A DNA stretch of 64,000 bases from Candidatus Multivoradales bacterium (GCA_965248925.1 CBDFLE010000005.1:1184001-1248000), one strand, 5' to 3'; positions 50,520 to 61,642 are shown, counted from the stretch's first letter. Program-made: numbers and translations. Notes: a model not told the origin generated them from the letters alone.

Positions 50520-50734
50520 TGCCGCGAGGTCAGCAGCAGCAAGCAGCCGACGGCATTGCGGAGACCATCGATCTGAGCGGCAGCGATGGCACCGGAGAGA
50601 TCGTTATTGAAGCGAACTGTGGCGGCGATCTTCGAGAGGTCAAGATCCAGCGATAGGAGCCGGAGGGCGATCATCTGAAGCGCGGTTCGCGGGTCTGATG
50701 GGTCCGGGTTAGTGGGCTGCGGGCGGTCCTGCAT
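50516..50734 (-). CDS. Small hypothetical protein translationally coupled to radC
   Basis: GGAG RBS; stop overlaps the radC start (ATGA). Confidence 0.55.
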   Translation of the reverse strand: MQDRPQPTNPDPSDPRTALQMIALRLLSLDLDLSKIAATVRFNNDLSGAIAAAQIDGLRNAVGCLLLLTSRQ

Positions 50735-50921
50735 TTCGCTATCTCCGGTGCGGGAAAGCCACGGTGGGCAGCGGCTACTGCTCGCCGGGCTGGGTTGGGG
50801 TGGCAGGGCCTGGTGGGGCCTGCTGACTCGACTGGTGGGAGTGGCTACATGGGAACTGGTCGGAGAGTCAAGAAAGCCCGTTCCAAATTCACTTTATTAA
50901 ATGTAATACAGCAGAATTCCG

Positions 50922-53900
50922 ATGCAATTGATAAACCTTCCTGAGTTCAGAACATCACAAGCAGGCCGAGAGACTGGCGGAGCCAAGAAAAAGCAGCCTC
51001 GCAAGGCTCTCACTCTTTGGCGCAGGCTAGTGCTCTGCTTGGCCGTCGTTGGAGTGCTCGTATTTGCGGGGGTCGCCTTGGCCGCCGATCCGCCCCTTGA
51101 GCTGTCGCGAGCCACGTTAGAAACCCAGATCCTCGACCAGATAACCCGCGGCCAGTCGATTGACGAACCGCTGGCAAGCTGGCGGTCAACCGTCCCCGCT
51201 TCGGCCAACGAATCACCCACCAAGGCTACGCCTAACAATCTCGCCAAAGCCCTGCTGGAGCTGCGTCGCTCTCTACCTTCAGAATCCAAGGCGACCCTCG
51301 ACGCCCCCACCCTGGCCATCGCCTGGGAGAGCTTCGAGGCTTGGGATCTACTGCAACGCGACCACTTCGAGCGTACCGCCTCCCGCCTCGCCGCGGCTGG
51401 CCTTGGCGGTGAGCCGAGCGCTCGTCTTGATCAAGTGCGCAACGATTGGCAAGCCTTCAGCGACCGCCTGAAAGTATTGCTCGGTGAGCCCTTGGCCGAG
51501 CTGAAAGCAGCACCGAAGTCCAAGCGCCCAGGGCGAGAGCGGAGACTCGCCAGAGCCGCCCAAGCCGCCGCCGAGCTGCTCGACACCTACCCGACGGCCC
51601 AGGCCCGCCCCACCCTGCGAGCCACCAGCCTGCCCTACCGCCAGCTGCGCTTGCCGGCCCGCCTGCCGGTCACCGAGCCAACCGTCACACCGAGCTATAG
51701 CGACATCTCAGACCCTGACTCCGTTGCCGCCGACTTCGAGCCCGGCACTGCTGCGCCGCTCGCCGATGAAATCCTTCTGAAAGCCGAGGCCCTGGGCTAC
51801 GACTACGTGGCGATCTACGAGTTCGTCCGCCATCAGATCGCCACCGAGTGGTATGCCGGTAGCCTGAAGGGAGCCCTCGGTACCCTGCGCCAGGGAGCCG
51901 GCAACGATGTAGATCAGGCCAGCCTGATGATTGCCCTCTACCGTGCCAGTGGGGCAGCGGCACGCTACGTCAGTGCGGTGGTCGAGCTGTCTCTGCCCTG
52001 GCTCAGCACCCAGATGGGCATCGACGATGGCGCGGCGGTGGCCGACTATCTGGCCCGCGCCGGTATTGCTCGCCGACCGGTGATCCGGGGAGGACGGGTC
52101 GCCGCTTTCGAGGTCGAGCACACTTGGGTCAGTGCCCACGTTCCTTACAGCAACTATCGCGGCTCGGTGGTCGACCTCTCGGGCCGCAGCTGGATACCGC
52201 TAACACCCGCGCTGGAGCCGGTGGAACGGCAGCCCGCAACGCAAGCGCTAGCGGTGATGGGATTCGTGGCCGGGGATTTCGTCACCGAGATGCTGAGCAC
52301 GGCCCAGCTCGACACCCCCTTGAGCTTGCTACGCCAGCGAGTGGAGCAATACTTGCTGGACAACGATGGCGGCACCTACGCCGAGCAGCTCGGCTCGGTA
52401 GTGGCCGCCGGCCGACCCCTCGGCCTGCTGCCCAACGGCTTGTATCATCCGGTTCTGGCGGTAACCTTCGAGGGCGCTGAGCTGCCGGCAAGCGCCCGCC
52501 ATCGACTGCGGCTGATCGCTCGCAGCGAGCCCATGGCGGGATCAGCCGTGATCCTCGATCACCAGCTCGACCTGCATCAGGCCCTCGGCCACCGGCTGAC
52601 CCTCTCCTATGCCCCGGCAACTTCGGACGACCATCTGGTTATCAACCTTTGGGGCGGCTTGGCCGAAGTGCCGCCCTTCCTGGTCCGGCTGCGACCGCAG
52701 CTGTATTTGGACGGCCGCCGCATAGCCGTCGGCGAGCCAGTGGACGCCGCCAAGCTGCACCGCTTCGAGGCGGTGGTGGAAGGGCCGTTCGGCAGTCAAG
52801 AAATCAGCCAGACCGTTCTCTCAGGCGCCTACCACGCCATCGCCGTGGGTGGTCAGCGATTCCAGGCTGTCGGACTTGCCGACAACGATCCCAGCGACGG
52901 CGAGCAGCTCGCCGCCCGCCTGCTGAGCGGTCTGGCCTATGGCTACGGTGCCGAGTGGGACGCTGCCGAGACCGAACTCGCCGGCCTCTTGGCCGTTAGC
53001 CTAGCGCGCCCTATTCCAGCGTTGGTCATCGCCAGCAACTCCTTGCGCACCGAGCTGCTGCTGGGAGTGCCGCAACGGCTGATCTGGGAAGGCGTCACTC
53101 TTGACGCCGCCCTGCGTATTGCCGAGCCCGTTGCTCACGATGGCTCAACCGAAACCGCCGCTGACTGGATGCGACTGGCAGCCCTCGAAGGCTCGGCGCT
53201 GGAGCATGCGGTCTTTGAGCGCCAATTCCAGGTCGGCGCGATCTCGGCTGACAGGGGCTTGGCCCTGGCTCGCGACTCGGGCATCGAAGTGCTACGCCTC
53301 GACGCCGCCAACCTAGCCGCAGAGCTGGCGGGCTTGAATCATCCCCAAGCCGTCCGCGACGACGTGGTCACCCGCATCGCCCAGGGACTGACCGTCGCGA
53401 TCCCTCGCCAGCCAATCAGCGCCACCGCCTGGACAGGCTCGGTCTGGCGAGCCGAGGATCCGGTGAGCGGTGCGGCCGGTTACTTCCTCTCCGGTGGCCT
53501 GGCCGGCGGCGCCACCGTCGAAACCCCCGAGAACTGGCTGCTCGACTTCCTCGCCGACGCCCTCTCGGCACCCATGTCAGACGCCCCCAACACCGACCCC
53601 TTGGCCGGTGTCGAGCTAATCGTTGCCCAAGGCAGCGATGGCCAACTCGGCACCGTCGACCGGGTCTATCGCCACCCTCTGGCCGTGCGGGTGATCGACG
53701 AGAGCGGCCGGCCGGTCAAAGGCGCCGAGGTCACTTTCTATATCTGGGCCGGTGACGGCCAACTGATCGACGACCAGAACCTAGAATCCACCAGCCTCAC
53801 TCTCCGCACCGACGCCCACGGCATGGCCCGCGTCAAACTACGTTCAGGAAAGCTGACCGCCGCCAACCCTCTCTTCCTGCGCCGCTATGGCAGCGACACT

Positions 53901-56900
53901 TTCCAGACCCGAGTGCTAGAGAACGTCGTCGAAGCCGCCGCCAGCTCCAGGCTCGGCGCTCTCACTTTGCGCCAGCCGATCTCCGCCGTAGCCTTCCCCC
54001 AAGACCCTGCCACCCTGCGCCGCACCAACCGCGACGACAGCCAGGGCACGAGCCTCACCGTCCTGCACGGTCTGTGGCAAGACACCCTGTCGATAGCCGT
54101 CGAAGACCCGCACGGCAACCCAATCGCCAACCAAGACGTGGCCTTCACCAACAGCGCCTTCGTTGCCCCCGGCATCAACTGCCCCAACGCGCCGCCAGAC
54201 CCCGTCCCAGGCACTTTCTTCGACGCCACGATCGACAACATCACCGGCGGCTTTACCGGCTGTCCGCTGACCACGCCGCGCTATGGCGACTGCGGTAGCT
54301 CCGGTCTGACCCTGAGAACGGGCTCCTCGGGCCAGGTCTCTGCCGGTTTCATCACCGGTCCAAGCGCCATCGCCAGCTACCCGGCGACGGTCAGTTCGGC
54401 CGGTCTGCCGCCCCTGTCCTACGAGTACAGCGTCACCTTCATCAACAGCACTGGCCTCAACCAAGACCACTGCGGGCCACAGACAACGCGCTTCGTACGC
54501 ACCTTCGGCTTCTTCGTCGATGCCGCCGGCCAACCCAGCTCGGCAGTACGAGCCGGCCGGGTCTACGACACGCCAGTGGGAGTCGAGGCTCTCGAATGGG
54601 TGCCCGAGTGCCAGGGATTGGCGATCGCCGATCCCAGTCCGGGGGGACCGCTGTTCTTCCTGGTCTGCAATGAGCTGCAAGGCGAGTGGCGCCCGGCCTA
54701 CTTCTATCAAGACGACACCCATCCGCTGTCCGTCGTGCTACTGCCCGCCGGCGCGGCCACAGCACCGCAGATCGACAATCTCCTCGGCCGCGTCGAGAGC
54801 CGTCTGCAAACAGGCCTCGACCCGGCCCTGCACAATGCACGGGTATCGCTGCCGGTGCTGCCCAAGAGTCCCTTTCTCGACGATTTCAACGGTGAAGTCA
54901 CGTTGCTCGAAACCCCAGAGGACTTTGCCGCCGTCGGCCTGCTCAACCTCGCCCTCGGCCAGATCGACAACATCGACCAGGAGATCGGCAGCTTGTGGGG
55001 AGTGCGGACTCAGATCACCAGCTTCGAGCCGCCTATCGTGTCCCTCAACGACGACGGGCAGGCCGCCGAGTCGGTAGCGGTGAGGTACCAGATCGAGCCC
55101 ATCGAATATCAGCCCACTGGTGCCTTCGTCGAGCTGCTTCGCGACGGCCAGCGGGTCGAACTCCTGCGCGGCCAGAGCAATGCCGGCGAAGGGCTCGCTG
55201 AGCTGCCCCGCGGTCTCGAACTCGACCTCGACGGCCAGTGGCAGGCCGAGCTGGTGCTCAATCTCGACACTCCCATCGAAGTGCGTGGCGACCCTGTGCC
55301 GCTGCCCCTAGAGCAGCAGCTCTTCGCCGACTACAGCCGCGCCCTATCGGTGCGGCAGGATGTCGACCTGGTCAACCAGCGCCGCTGCGTTCAGCCGACC
55401 CTCTTCAGCTTTGAGCTCAACCGCCCGGCCGAGGTCACCCTGATCGCCCGCCGGATCGAGAGCGTCGAGACCGACGGCAGCCTCAACACCGCCGCCGCCA
55501 TCACCCTGATCGAAGCCGAGATGTTTGCCGACGGCGAGCACGGCGAGCCGATCAGCCCCACCGACCTGCCCCCCGGCGACTACCTGATCGAGCTGCGCGG
55601 CATCGACGCGGTGGATGGCTACGAGGAGGTCCGCGAGGTCCGGCTGAGTTCCGATTGGGACATCTCCGAAATACTGCCCATCGGCCATACCTTGGTCCAC
55701 GGTGTCGACCTTTTCGATGGCCACCTCACCATCAGTAGAACCGATCTCGAAATCCCCGGCCGCGGCATCGGCCTGGCGCTGCGGCGCACCTATTCGAGCC
55801 TGGCGGTGTCGAGCGGCGGCCCCTTCGGCCTGGGCTGGAACCATCGCTACCAGTCGCGAGTCGTGATCACCCCCTGCGGCGAGGCCATCTTGATCGGCGG
55901 CGAGGGCTCGGGCCTGCGTTTCGTCGACGATGGCCAGGGCGGACTACGCCCGCTGCGCGGCTCTCACGGCACCCTGCGGGCCGACCCGGCTGACGGCGGC
56001 TTCGACTTCTTCACCACCTCCGGCAACCGCTTCCACTATCTCTTCTCGGAAGACAGCACCTGGCATTTGGCCTGGACCGAAGACCCCAACGGCAACCGCA
56101 CCACCCTCACCTACATCGCCGGCGCCGATGGCCCCCTGCTGCGTCAAGTCACCGACTCCAGCGGCCGAGCCCTGGTCTTCGACTACCGCCAGGCCAGATT
56201 TGCTGCCTGGGATGGACCGGTGATCGAGCACATCACCGGCCCTGGCGGCCTGGCGATGAGCTTCGATTACGACCGTTTCGGTAACCTGATCACCGCCCAG
56301 CGCGACAACCAGAGTCGCATCGAGCGCTACACCTACCAGACCCAGCCCAACGCCGGCCTGGAGCTGCGGCCGGTGATGACCTCGACGACCAATGGTCTCT
56401 CAGGCGCCAGCACCCATTACACCTGGCAGAGCGGCGCCGTGGCCATCGAAGCCGGATTGTCGATCGATGCCTTGCTAGTAAGCTCGATCACCCACCCTGA
56501 AGGAGGAGTCGCCACATTCGCCTTCGATCAGCAGCTGCTCGGCAACGCCGCCACGCTAGAGCTAGAGACCACCGTCACCGATCGCCGCCAGCGGGCCACC
56601 ACTTACCGTCTTAACCGCTACGGCAGCCCGGTGGTGATCACCGACCCCATCGGCCACACCACCCGCAAGACCTGGACCCCCGGCGACGTGCTGATGCTCA
56701 GTCGCACTGACCAGAATGGGGTCGTCACTAGCTTCGAGTACGACCAGCACGGCAACCGGACCACCGAGCGCGTCCAAGTCACCGACGAGACCGGCACCCT
56801 GGTCACCCGCGAGCGCCTGAGCACTTACTTTTCGCCCTCAGCCTTTATCGCAGAAGGCATCAAAGACCACCTCAAGAGCCACATCGACGGCCGTGGCCAC

Positions 56901-59900
56901 ACCACCCAATTTGAGTACGACGCCCAGGGCAATCTGACCCGCCAACACATCACCGTCATCGATGCCGAGGGCGCCGCCTCCACCGTCGAGAGCCGCCACA
57001 CCTACTACTCAAACGGCGACCGCCGCACCACCACCGATGCTCGCGGCCACGCCAGCACCTTCACTTGGGACACTTTCGGCAACCCGGCCACCGTGCGCGA
57101 CCGCGAAAACGGCCTGACCACCTTCGCCTTCGATTCACGAGGCCGCCAGCTCAGTCAGACCGACCCCAACAGCCACACCACCCGGCTGGCCTACGACGAC
57201 CTAGACCGCCTGATCCTGCGCACCCTCGCCGACGGCAGCGTAGAGCAGATCCAGCACGACGACATCGCCCGCACCCGCACCCAGATCGATCCCCGTGGCC
57301 ACGCCACCCGGACCAGCTTCGATCTAGAAGGCCGGCCCATCGAGATCGTCAACGCCGAGGGCGGTCAGCAGCAGATGGAGTACGACCCAGAAGGCAACCT
57401 AACGCTAGAGAGCACCGTCTTCGACGCCACCACCCTCCGCCACAACACCCTGCTGGTTTACGACGACGCCGGCCGCCTGATCCGTCGCGAACAGCCCGAG
57501 GGCCGCACCACAGACCGAGAACTAGACCCAGCCGGCAACGTCCTGCGCCAGACCCTCGCCGACCGCGGCGACCCGAGCTTCACCCCCCGCGTCACCGAGA
57601 CCGACTACGACCGGCTCAACCGCCCCATCGAGACCCGACGCCTGCTCGACGCCGGCTTCATCGCCGGCCAGATCGCCTTCGATCTGGAAAACAACCCCGT
57701 CCACAGCACCGACCCTCTCGGCCGAGTGACGACGATCACATTCGACGCCCTCGACCGCGAGATCGAGCGCACCGAGCCCGAGTGGAAAGCCGGCACCCCG
57801 AGAGTCAGTCAACGTTTCTGGGACGGCAACGGCAACCTGATCAAGACGGTGCTTTTCAACGAGCCCGAAAACCAGATCCGCGAGACCACCTACGATCGCC
57901 TCAACCGCCCGATCCGCCAGCTCGACGCCACCGGCGAGCTGCGGACGATGGAATACGACCCGGCAGGAAATCTGACTGTCAAGATCGACCGCCGCGGCCA
58001 CCGCACCGAGCACCAATACGACGAACGCAACCGCCGCATCAAAACCACCGTCAAGCTCGCCGCTGGCAACGCCATCACCGAATTCACCTTCGATCCCTCT
58101 AGCAACCTGATCGAGCAGCTCCAGCCCAACCAGAACCGCATCACCCACACCTACGACCCGCTCAATCGCCGTCTGACTAGCAACGATCGCGAAGGCCAGC
58201 TCAGCCAGACCGGCTACGACGCTCGCAGCCTCCCCATCCGCCAAGAAGACGCCAACGGCAATGTCACCCTCAGCCAGTTCGACGGCCTCGGCCGCATGAT
58301 CCGCCAGGATCTGCCCGAAGACCGCACCGTCCTACAAACCTACGATGTCGCCGACAACCGCCTAGCCACCATCAACCCCCGCGGCCACGCCACCACCGCC
58401 CGCTTCGACACCCTCGACCGCCAGATCGAAGAACTCTCGCCAGCCCCCTTCAACTACCTGCGCCAGATGACCTGGGACGACGCCGGCAACCTGCTCTCAG
58501 AAACCGACCGCCGAGGCAACACCACCGAATTCACCTACGACGACCTCGACCGCCGGATCACCCGGCTCGAACCACCCGTCCTGAGCGACGGCTCCGAGGT
58601 CCGCTACCTCACCACTTGGGCCCACGACACCGCCGGCAACCAGCTCACCGAGGTCGACCCCCGAGGCATCCTCACCGAGAACCGCTGGGACGCCGAGAAC
58701 CGCCGCACCCACACCCTGCGCGCCAATCTGCTCATCGAGCAGGTTGAGTTTGATGCCGCCGGCAACCGAACGAAAATCTGGGATGCCAACCGCAACCTAG
58801 CCCAATTCGACTATGACGAACGCCAGCTCATCATCACCGAGCGCCGCCCCCTCAGTGCCACCACAGTCCACACCCTAGACACCATGGGTGATGTGATCCG
58901 CCGCCAAGACCCAGCCGGCAGATTCACCGATTCCACCTTCGACTTCCGCCGCCGCCAGCTCACCAGCACCCGCTTCGGCGCCGGCAACCGACCTGAAACC
59001 ACAGCCTTCACCTACGATTCACAAGGCAACCGCACGAGCAAGCTGCGCCCCGAGGGCAACGCCTGGACTTACAGCTTCGACGGTGCCCACCGCCTCACCG
59101 AAGTCGAAGACCCCGACGGCGATCTCACCACCTACGAACTCGACCAAAACGGCAACCTCATCACCCAGATCGACGCCGCCAGCCAACCCACCACCTACAC
59201 TTGGGACGAGCTAGACCGCCGCACCTCCATCACCCAGGCCGACGGCGCCACCGAGACCTTTACGTTCGACGAAAACGGCAACCTCGCCCAACACCGAGAC
59301 GCCAAAAACCAACTCTTCACCCGCACCCACGACTCGCTGAATAGGGAAATAGCCCTTCAGTACCCAGAAGACCCCTCCACCGACGACGACCTCGAGCAGA
59401 TCACCACCACCTGGGACGCCAACGGCAACCACCTCCAAACCGCCGAACACTTCACGCAAACGGGGGAACTCACCACCACCCAGACCTGGGACGATTTTGA
59501 TCGCCTAGCCACCCGAACCGACCGCTGGGACAACACCCTCATTCACGGCTACGATCTCAACGGCAACCGCACCCTGCTCATTGACCCGGCGGGCATCCCA
59601 ACCACCACCACCTTCGACGCCCTCAACCGAGTCGACACCGTCACCACCCCCGGCGGAGTCACCGACTATCAGTACCTCGCCAACAGCCTGCTCAGCCAGA
59701 TCGACTATCCCAACGGCACCACCAGCACCTGGCAATACGATCCCGCCAACCGCATCAGGGACCTCGACCATCGCCAGAACACCGCCCTGATCTCCAGCTT
59801 CCAATACCAGTACGACCGCAACGGCAACCGCACTGAGCAGATCGAGACCCACACCAGCCAGCCAGCCGAAACCACCATCTACGCTTTCGATCTAGTAGAC

Positions 59901-61640
59901 CGCCTCGCCACCGTCGCCTACCCCGAGAAAACCGTCACCACCACCTACGATGCTGTAGGCAATCGCATCTCAGAATCGGCCGTCGACAACGGCGCCACGA
60001 CGATCACCGACCGCCTCTACGCCTACGACAATCGCCACCGATTAGTAACTGTCACCGACCAACTCGACGCCGCCCAAGCCGTCACCTACACCCACGATGC
60101 CAACGGCAATCAGTCAACCCGAACAAGAGACAGCCAGCTAACCCAGCTGACCTACGACACTCGCGATCAGCTCACCCAGGTCATCGAAGCCAGCGTCATC
60201 CAAGGCACCTACGCATTCGACGCCACCGGCCTCAGAGTCCAAAAGCTAACTGCTGAAGGTGAAGCGAGATACGTCTACGATCAGCAAAGCGTCCTGACTC
60301 GAGAAGACAACGATGGAATCACCAAATTCAACTACGCCCCAGATCGCTTGCTCTCCGTCGATGACCCCGTAGAAGGCCGCGCCTACTACCTCCACGACGC
60401 CCTGGGCAGCGTCGTCGGGCTGATGACCCCCGGCGGCAGCCTGCTCGGTCGATATCGCTGGGACGCCTGGGGCAACAAGCGGGCCTCAGTTGAAACCGAC
60501 GCCAACCCCTTCGGCTTCACCGGCCATGAGCACGATGAGGAAACCGGGCTGATCTATGCCAAAGCGCGGTTCTATGATCCGGAGCTTGGGCTGTTCCTGA
60601 GCAGCGACCCGGTCGAAGGCGATTTGCAGAATCCGCCTAGCCTGCATCGGTATCTGTATGCCTTCCAGAATCCGACCGTCTATGTAGATCCCGATGGTAG
60701 AGCGCCCCTCGGCCTAGACTTTGCGCCTCTGCTCATTCCCGTCCAGGACGCATACCGCCAATCGCTCGCCGAAGAGTCGCGATTCCTGACCAATGCAGAA
60801 TTCGACGCGCTACCCGACGCAGAGCGAGAGCGCCGCATCGACGAAGAGTTCGATCGGCTCATCAACGGTCGCCCCTCCACGCCTAGCGGCACCACCAGCG
60901 AGCAAACCAAGACTCAGGAAGGTGGGGTGATGGCGGCCCTCGACAACTTCTTCATCGACCCGTTCAGAAGGCTTGGCGAATCCGCACGGCGCACTATTGA
61001 GAGCTTCAAGAAGTTCGGCGAACTTCCCGAACGTGATATCCGCAGCACTGAAGAGCGCGCAATAGGCGACACCGTCGCCGACGTTAACCAAAATCTCCAG
61101 CAGATCTCCGAATCCTCCGCAGAAGCCGGGGCCGTCATCGAGAACGCCGTCCAGGCTGGGCTCGATGCAGAAGAGGCCGTAGGCCGTGTTACCCTCGGCG
61201 GACTAGGCATTGGGCTAGGGACGAGGCTGATAAAGAAGGGCGCGCGGGAGGGGGCTAGGGGTACAGTCAGGCGTTTTGGCACGACGAAGCCTGGTCCGCT
61301 AAAGCCAAGCACTGCGGCTACTTTCCGCAGTGGCTCCTATACCGAGCTGACGCTGCCAGAGCCTGTCACGCTGTACCGCGTCTACGGTGGTGAAGCCGGA
61401 AAGCTCGGTCCTTACTGGACGCGTATCAAACCAGCTGGTCCTTTACAGTCCCAGCTCGACTCCGCGCTGCTGCCTCAGTGGGGCAACTCTGCAGACAACG
61501 TGGTGTCGATCCGTGTGCCTGCTGGGGCAACGATCTACGAAGGCTTCGCTGCTCCGCAATCCACAGGAGTTGGTCAGCTCCTGGGGGGCGGGAGCCAGGT
61601 CTATATTCAGCGGGTTGAACCGAGCTGGATCGTCCCCTGA
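50922..61640 (+). CDS. Giant Rhs polymorphic toxin: signal peptide + transglutaminase-like + Ig-like (Big_1) + DUF6531 + YD repeats + Rhs core + TNT/ART-like C-terminal toxin
   Basis: YAGSLKGALGTL...GNDVDQASL; VRVIDESGRPVKGAEVTF; GVDLFDG..DLEIPGRG..RTYSS..GPFGLGW; dozens of YD repeats; FGFTGHEHD.ETGLIY..ARFYDP..NPTVYVDPDG; tip LYRVYGG..WGN..VPAG..EG.AAPQ..GGG.Q.Y. Confidence 0.92.
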   Translation: MQLINLPEFRTSQAGRETGGAKKKQPRKALTLWRRLVLCLAVVGVLVFAGVALAADPPLELSRATLETQILDQITRGQSIDEPLASWRSTVPASANESPTKATPNNLAKALLELRRSLPSESKATLDAPTLAIAWESFEAWDLLQRDHFERTASRLAAAGLGGEPSARLDQVRNDWQAFSDRLKVLLGEPLAELKAAPKSKRPGRERRLARAAQAAAELLDTYPTAQARPTLRATSLPYRQLRLPARLPVTEPTVTPSYSDISDPDSVAADFEPGTAAPLADEILLKAEALGYDYVAIYEFVRHQIATEWYAGSLKGALGTLRQGAGNDVDQASLMIALYRASGAAARYVSAVVELSLPWLSTQMGIDDGAAVADYLARAGIARRPVIRGGRVAAFEVEHTWVSAHVPYSNYRGSVVDLSGRSWIPLTPALEPVERQPATQALAVMGFVAGDFVTEMLSTAQLDTPLSLLRQRVEQYLLDNDGGTYAEQLGSVVAAGRPLGLLPNGLYHPVLAVTFEGAELPASARHRLRLIARSEPMAGSAVILDHQLDLHQALGHRLTLSYAPATSDDHLVINLWGGLAEVPPFLVRLRPQLYLDGRRIAVGEPVDAAKLHRFEAVVEGPFGSQEISQTVLSGAYHAIAVGGQRFQAVGLADNDPSDGEQLAARLLSGLAYGYGAEWDAAETELAGLLAVSLARPIPALVIASNSLRTELLLGVPQRLIWEGVTLDAALRIAEPVAHDGSTETAADWMRLAALEGSALEHAVFERQFQVGAISADRGLALARDSGIEVLRLDAANLAAELAGLNHPQAVRDDVVTRIAQGLTVAIPRQPISATAWTGSVWRAEDPVSGAAGYFLSGGLAGGATVETPENWLLDFLADALSAPMSDAPNTDPLAGVELIVAQGSDGQLGTVDRVYRHPLAVRVIDESGRPVKGAEVTFYIWAGDGQLIDDQNLESTSLTLRTDAHGMARVKLRSGKLTAANPLFLRRYGSDTFQTRVLENVVEAAASSRLGALTLRQPISAVAFPQDPATLRRTNRDDSQGTSLTVLHGLWQDTLSIAVEDPHGNPIANQDVAFTNSAFVAPGINCPNAPPDPVPGTFFDATIDNITGGFTGCPLTTPRYGDCGSSGLTLRTGSSGQVSAGFITGPSAIASYPATVSSAGLPPLSYEYSVTFINSTGLNQDHCGPQTTRFVRTFGFFVDAAGQPSSAVRAGRVYDTPVGVEALEWVPECQGLAIADPSPGGPLFFLVCNELQGEWRPAYFYQDDTHPLSVVLLPAGAATAPQIDNLLGRVESRLQTGLDPALHNARVSLPVLPKSPFLDDFNGEVTLLETPEDFAAVGLLNLALGQIDNIDQEIGSLWGVRTQITSFEPPIVSLNDDGQAAESVAVRYQIEPIEYQPTGAFVELLRDGQRVELLRGQSNAGEGLAELPRGLELDLDGQWQAELVLNLDTPIEVRGDPVPLPLEQQLFADYSRALSVRQDVDLVNQRRCVQPTLFSFELNRPAEVTLIARRIESVETDGSLNTAAAITLIEAEMFADGEHGEPISPTDLPPGDYLIELRGIDAVDGYEEVREVRLSSDWDISEILPIGHTLVHGVDLFDGHLTISRTDLEIPGRGIGLALRRTYSSLAVSSGGPFGLGWNHRYQSRVVITPCGEAILIGGEGSGLRFVDDGQGGLRPLRGSHGTLRADPADGGFDFFTTSGNRFHYLFSEDSTWHLAWTEDPNGNRTTLTYIAGADGPLLRQVTDSSGRALVFDYRQARFAAWDGPVIEHITGPGGLAMSFDYDRFGNLITAQRDNQSRIERYTYQTQPNAGLELRPVMTSTTNGLSGASTHYTWQSGAVAIEAGLSIDALLVSSITHPEGGVATFAFDQQLLGNAATLELETTVTDRRQRATTYRLNRYGSPVVITDPIGHTTRKTWTPGDVLMLSRTDQNGVVTSFEYDQHGNRTTERVQVTDETGTLVTRERLSTYFSPSAFIAEGIKDHLKSHIDGRGHTTQFEYDAQGNLTRQHITVIDAEGAASTVESRHTYYSNGDRRTTTDARGHASTFTWDTFGNPATVRDRENGLTTFAFDSRGRQLSQTDPNSHTTRLAYDDLDRLILRTLADGSVEQIQHDDIARTRTQIDPRGHATRTSFDLEGRPIEIVNAEGGQQQMEYDPEGNLTLESTVFDATTLRHNTLLVYDDAGRLIRREQPEGRTTDRELDPAGNVLRQTLADRGDPSFTPRVTETDYDRLNRPIETRRLLDAGFIAGQIAFDLENNPVHSTDPLGRVTTITFDALDREIERTEPEWKAGTPRVSQRFWDGNGNLIKTVLFNEPENQIRETTYDRLNRPIRQLDATGELRTMEYDPAGNLTVKIDRRGHRTEHQYDERNRRIKTTVKLAAGNAITEFTFDPSSNLIEQLQPNQNRITHTYDPLNRRLTSNDREGQLSQTGYDARSLPIRQEDANGNVTLSQFDGLGRMIRQDLPEDRTVLQTYDVADNRLATINPRGHATTARFDTLDRQIEELSPAPFNYLRQMTWDDAGNLLSETDRRGNTTEFTYDDLDRRITRLEPPVLSDGSEVRYLTTWAHDTAGNQLTEVDPRGILTENRWDAENRRTHTLRANLLIEQVEFDAAGNRTKIWDANRNLAQFDYDERQLIITERRPLSATTVHTLDTMGDVIRRQDPAGRFTDSTFDFRRRQLTSTRFGAGNRPETTAFTYDSQGNRTSKLRPEGNAWTYSFDGAHRLTEVEDPDGDLTTYELDQNGNLITQIDAASQPTTYTWDELDRRTSITQADGATETFTFDENGNLAQHRDAKNQLFTRTHDSLNREIALQYPEDPSTDDDLEQITTTWDANGNHLQTAEHFTQTGELTTTQTWDDFDRLATRTDRWDNTLIHGYDLNGNRTLLIDPAGIPTTTTFDALNRVDTVTTPGGVTDYQYLANSLLSQIDYPNGTTSTWQYDPANRIRDLDHRQNTALISSFQYQYDRNGNRTEQIETHTSQPAETTIYAFDLVDRLATVAYPEKTVTTTYDAVGNRISESAVDNGATTITDRLYAYDNRHRLVTVTDQLDAAQAVTYTHDANGNQSTRTRDSQLTQLTYDTRDQLTQVIEASVIQGTYAFDATGLRVQKLTAEGEARYVYDQQSVLTREDNDGITKFNYAPDRLLSVDDPVEGRAYYLHDALGSVVGLMTPGGSLLGRYRWDAWGNKRASVETDANPFGFTGHEHDEETGLIYAKARFYDPELGLFLSSDPVEGDLQNPPSLHRYLYAFQNPTVYVDPDGRAPLGLDFAPLLIPVQDAYRQSLAEESRFLTNAEFDALPDAERERRIDEEFDRLINGRPSTPSGTTSEQTKTQEGGVMAALDNFFIDPFRRLGESARRTIESFKKFGELPERDIRSTEERAIGDTVADVNQNLQQISESSAEAGAVIENAVQAGLDAEEAVGRVTLGGLGIGLGTRLIKKGAREGARGTVRRFGTTKPGPLKPSTAATFRSGSYTELTLPEPVTLYRVYGGEAGKLGPYWTRIKPAGPLQSQLDSALLPQWGNSADNVVSIRVPAGATIYEGFAAPQSTGVGQLLGGGSQVYIQRVEPSWIVP

Positions 61641-61642
61641 TC

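Noticed and set aside
57065-58102. 345-aa Arg/Pro/His-rich ORF
   Set aside because: Out-of-frame read of the C-rich Rhs repeats.
50922-61640. T6SS or Tc-toxin assignment for the giant Rhs
   Set aside because: No PAAR, VgrG, EagR or TcA/TcB (SpvB) features seen, and a Sec signal peptide is present.
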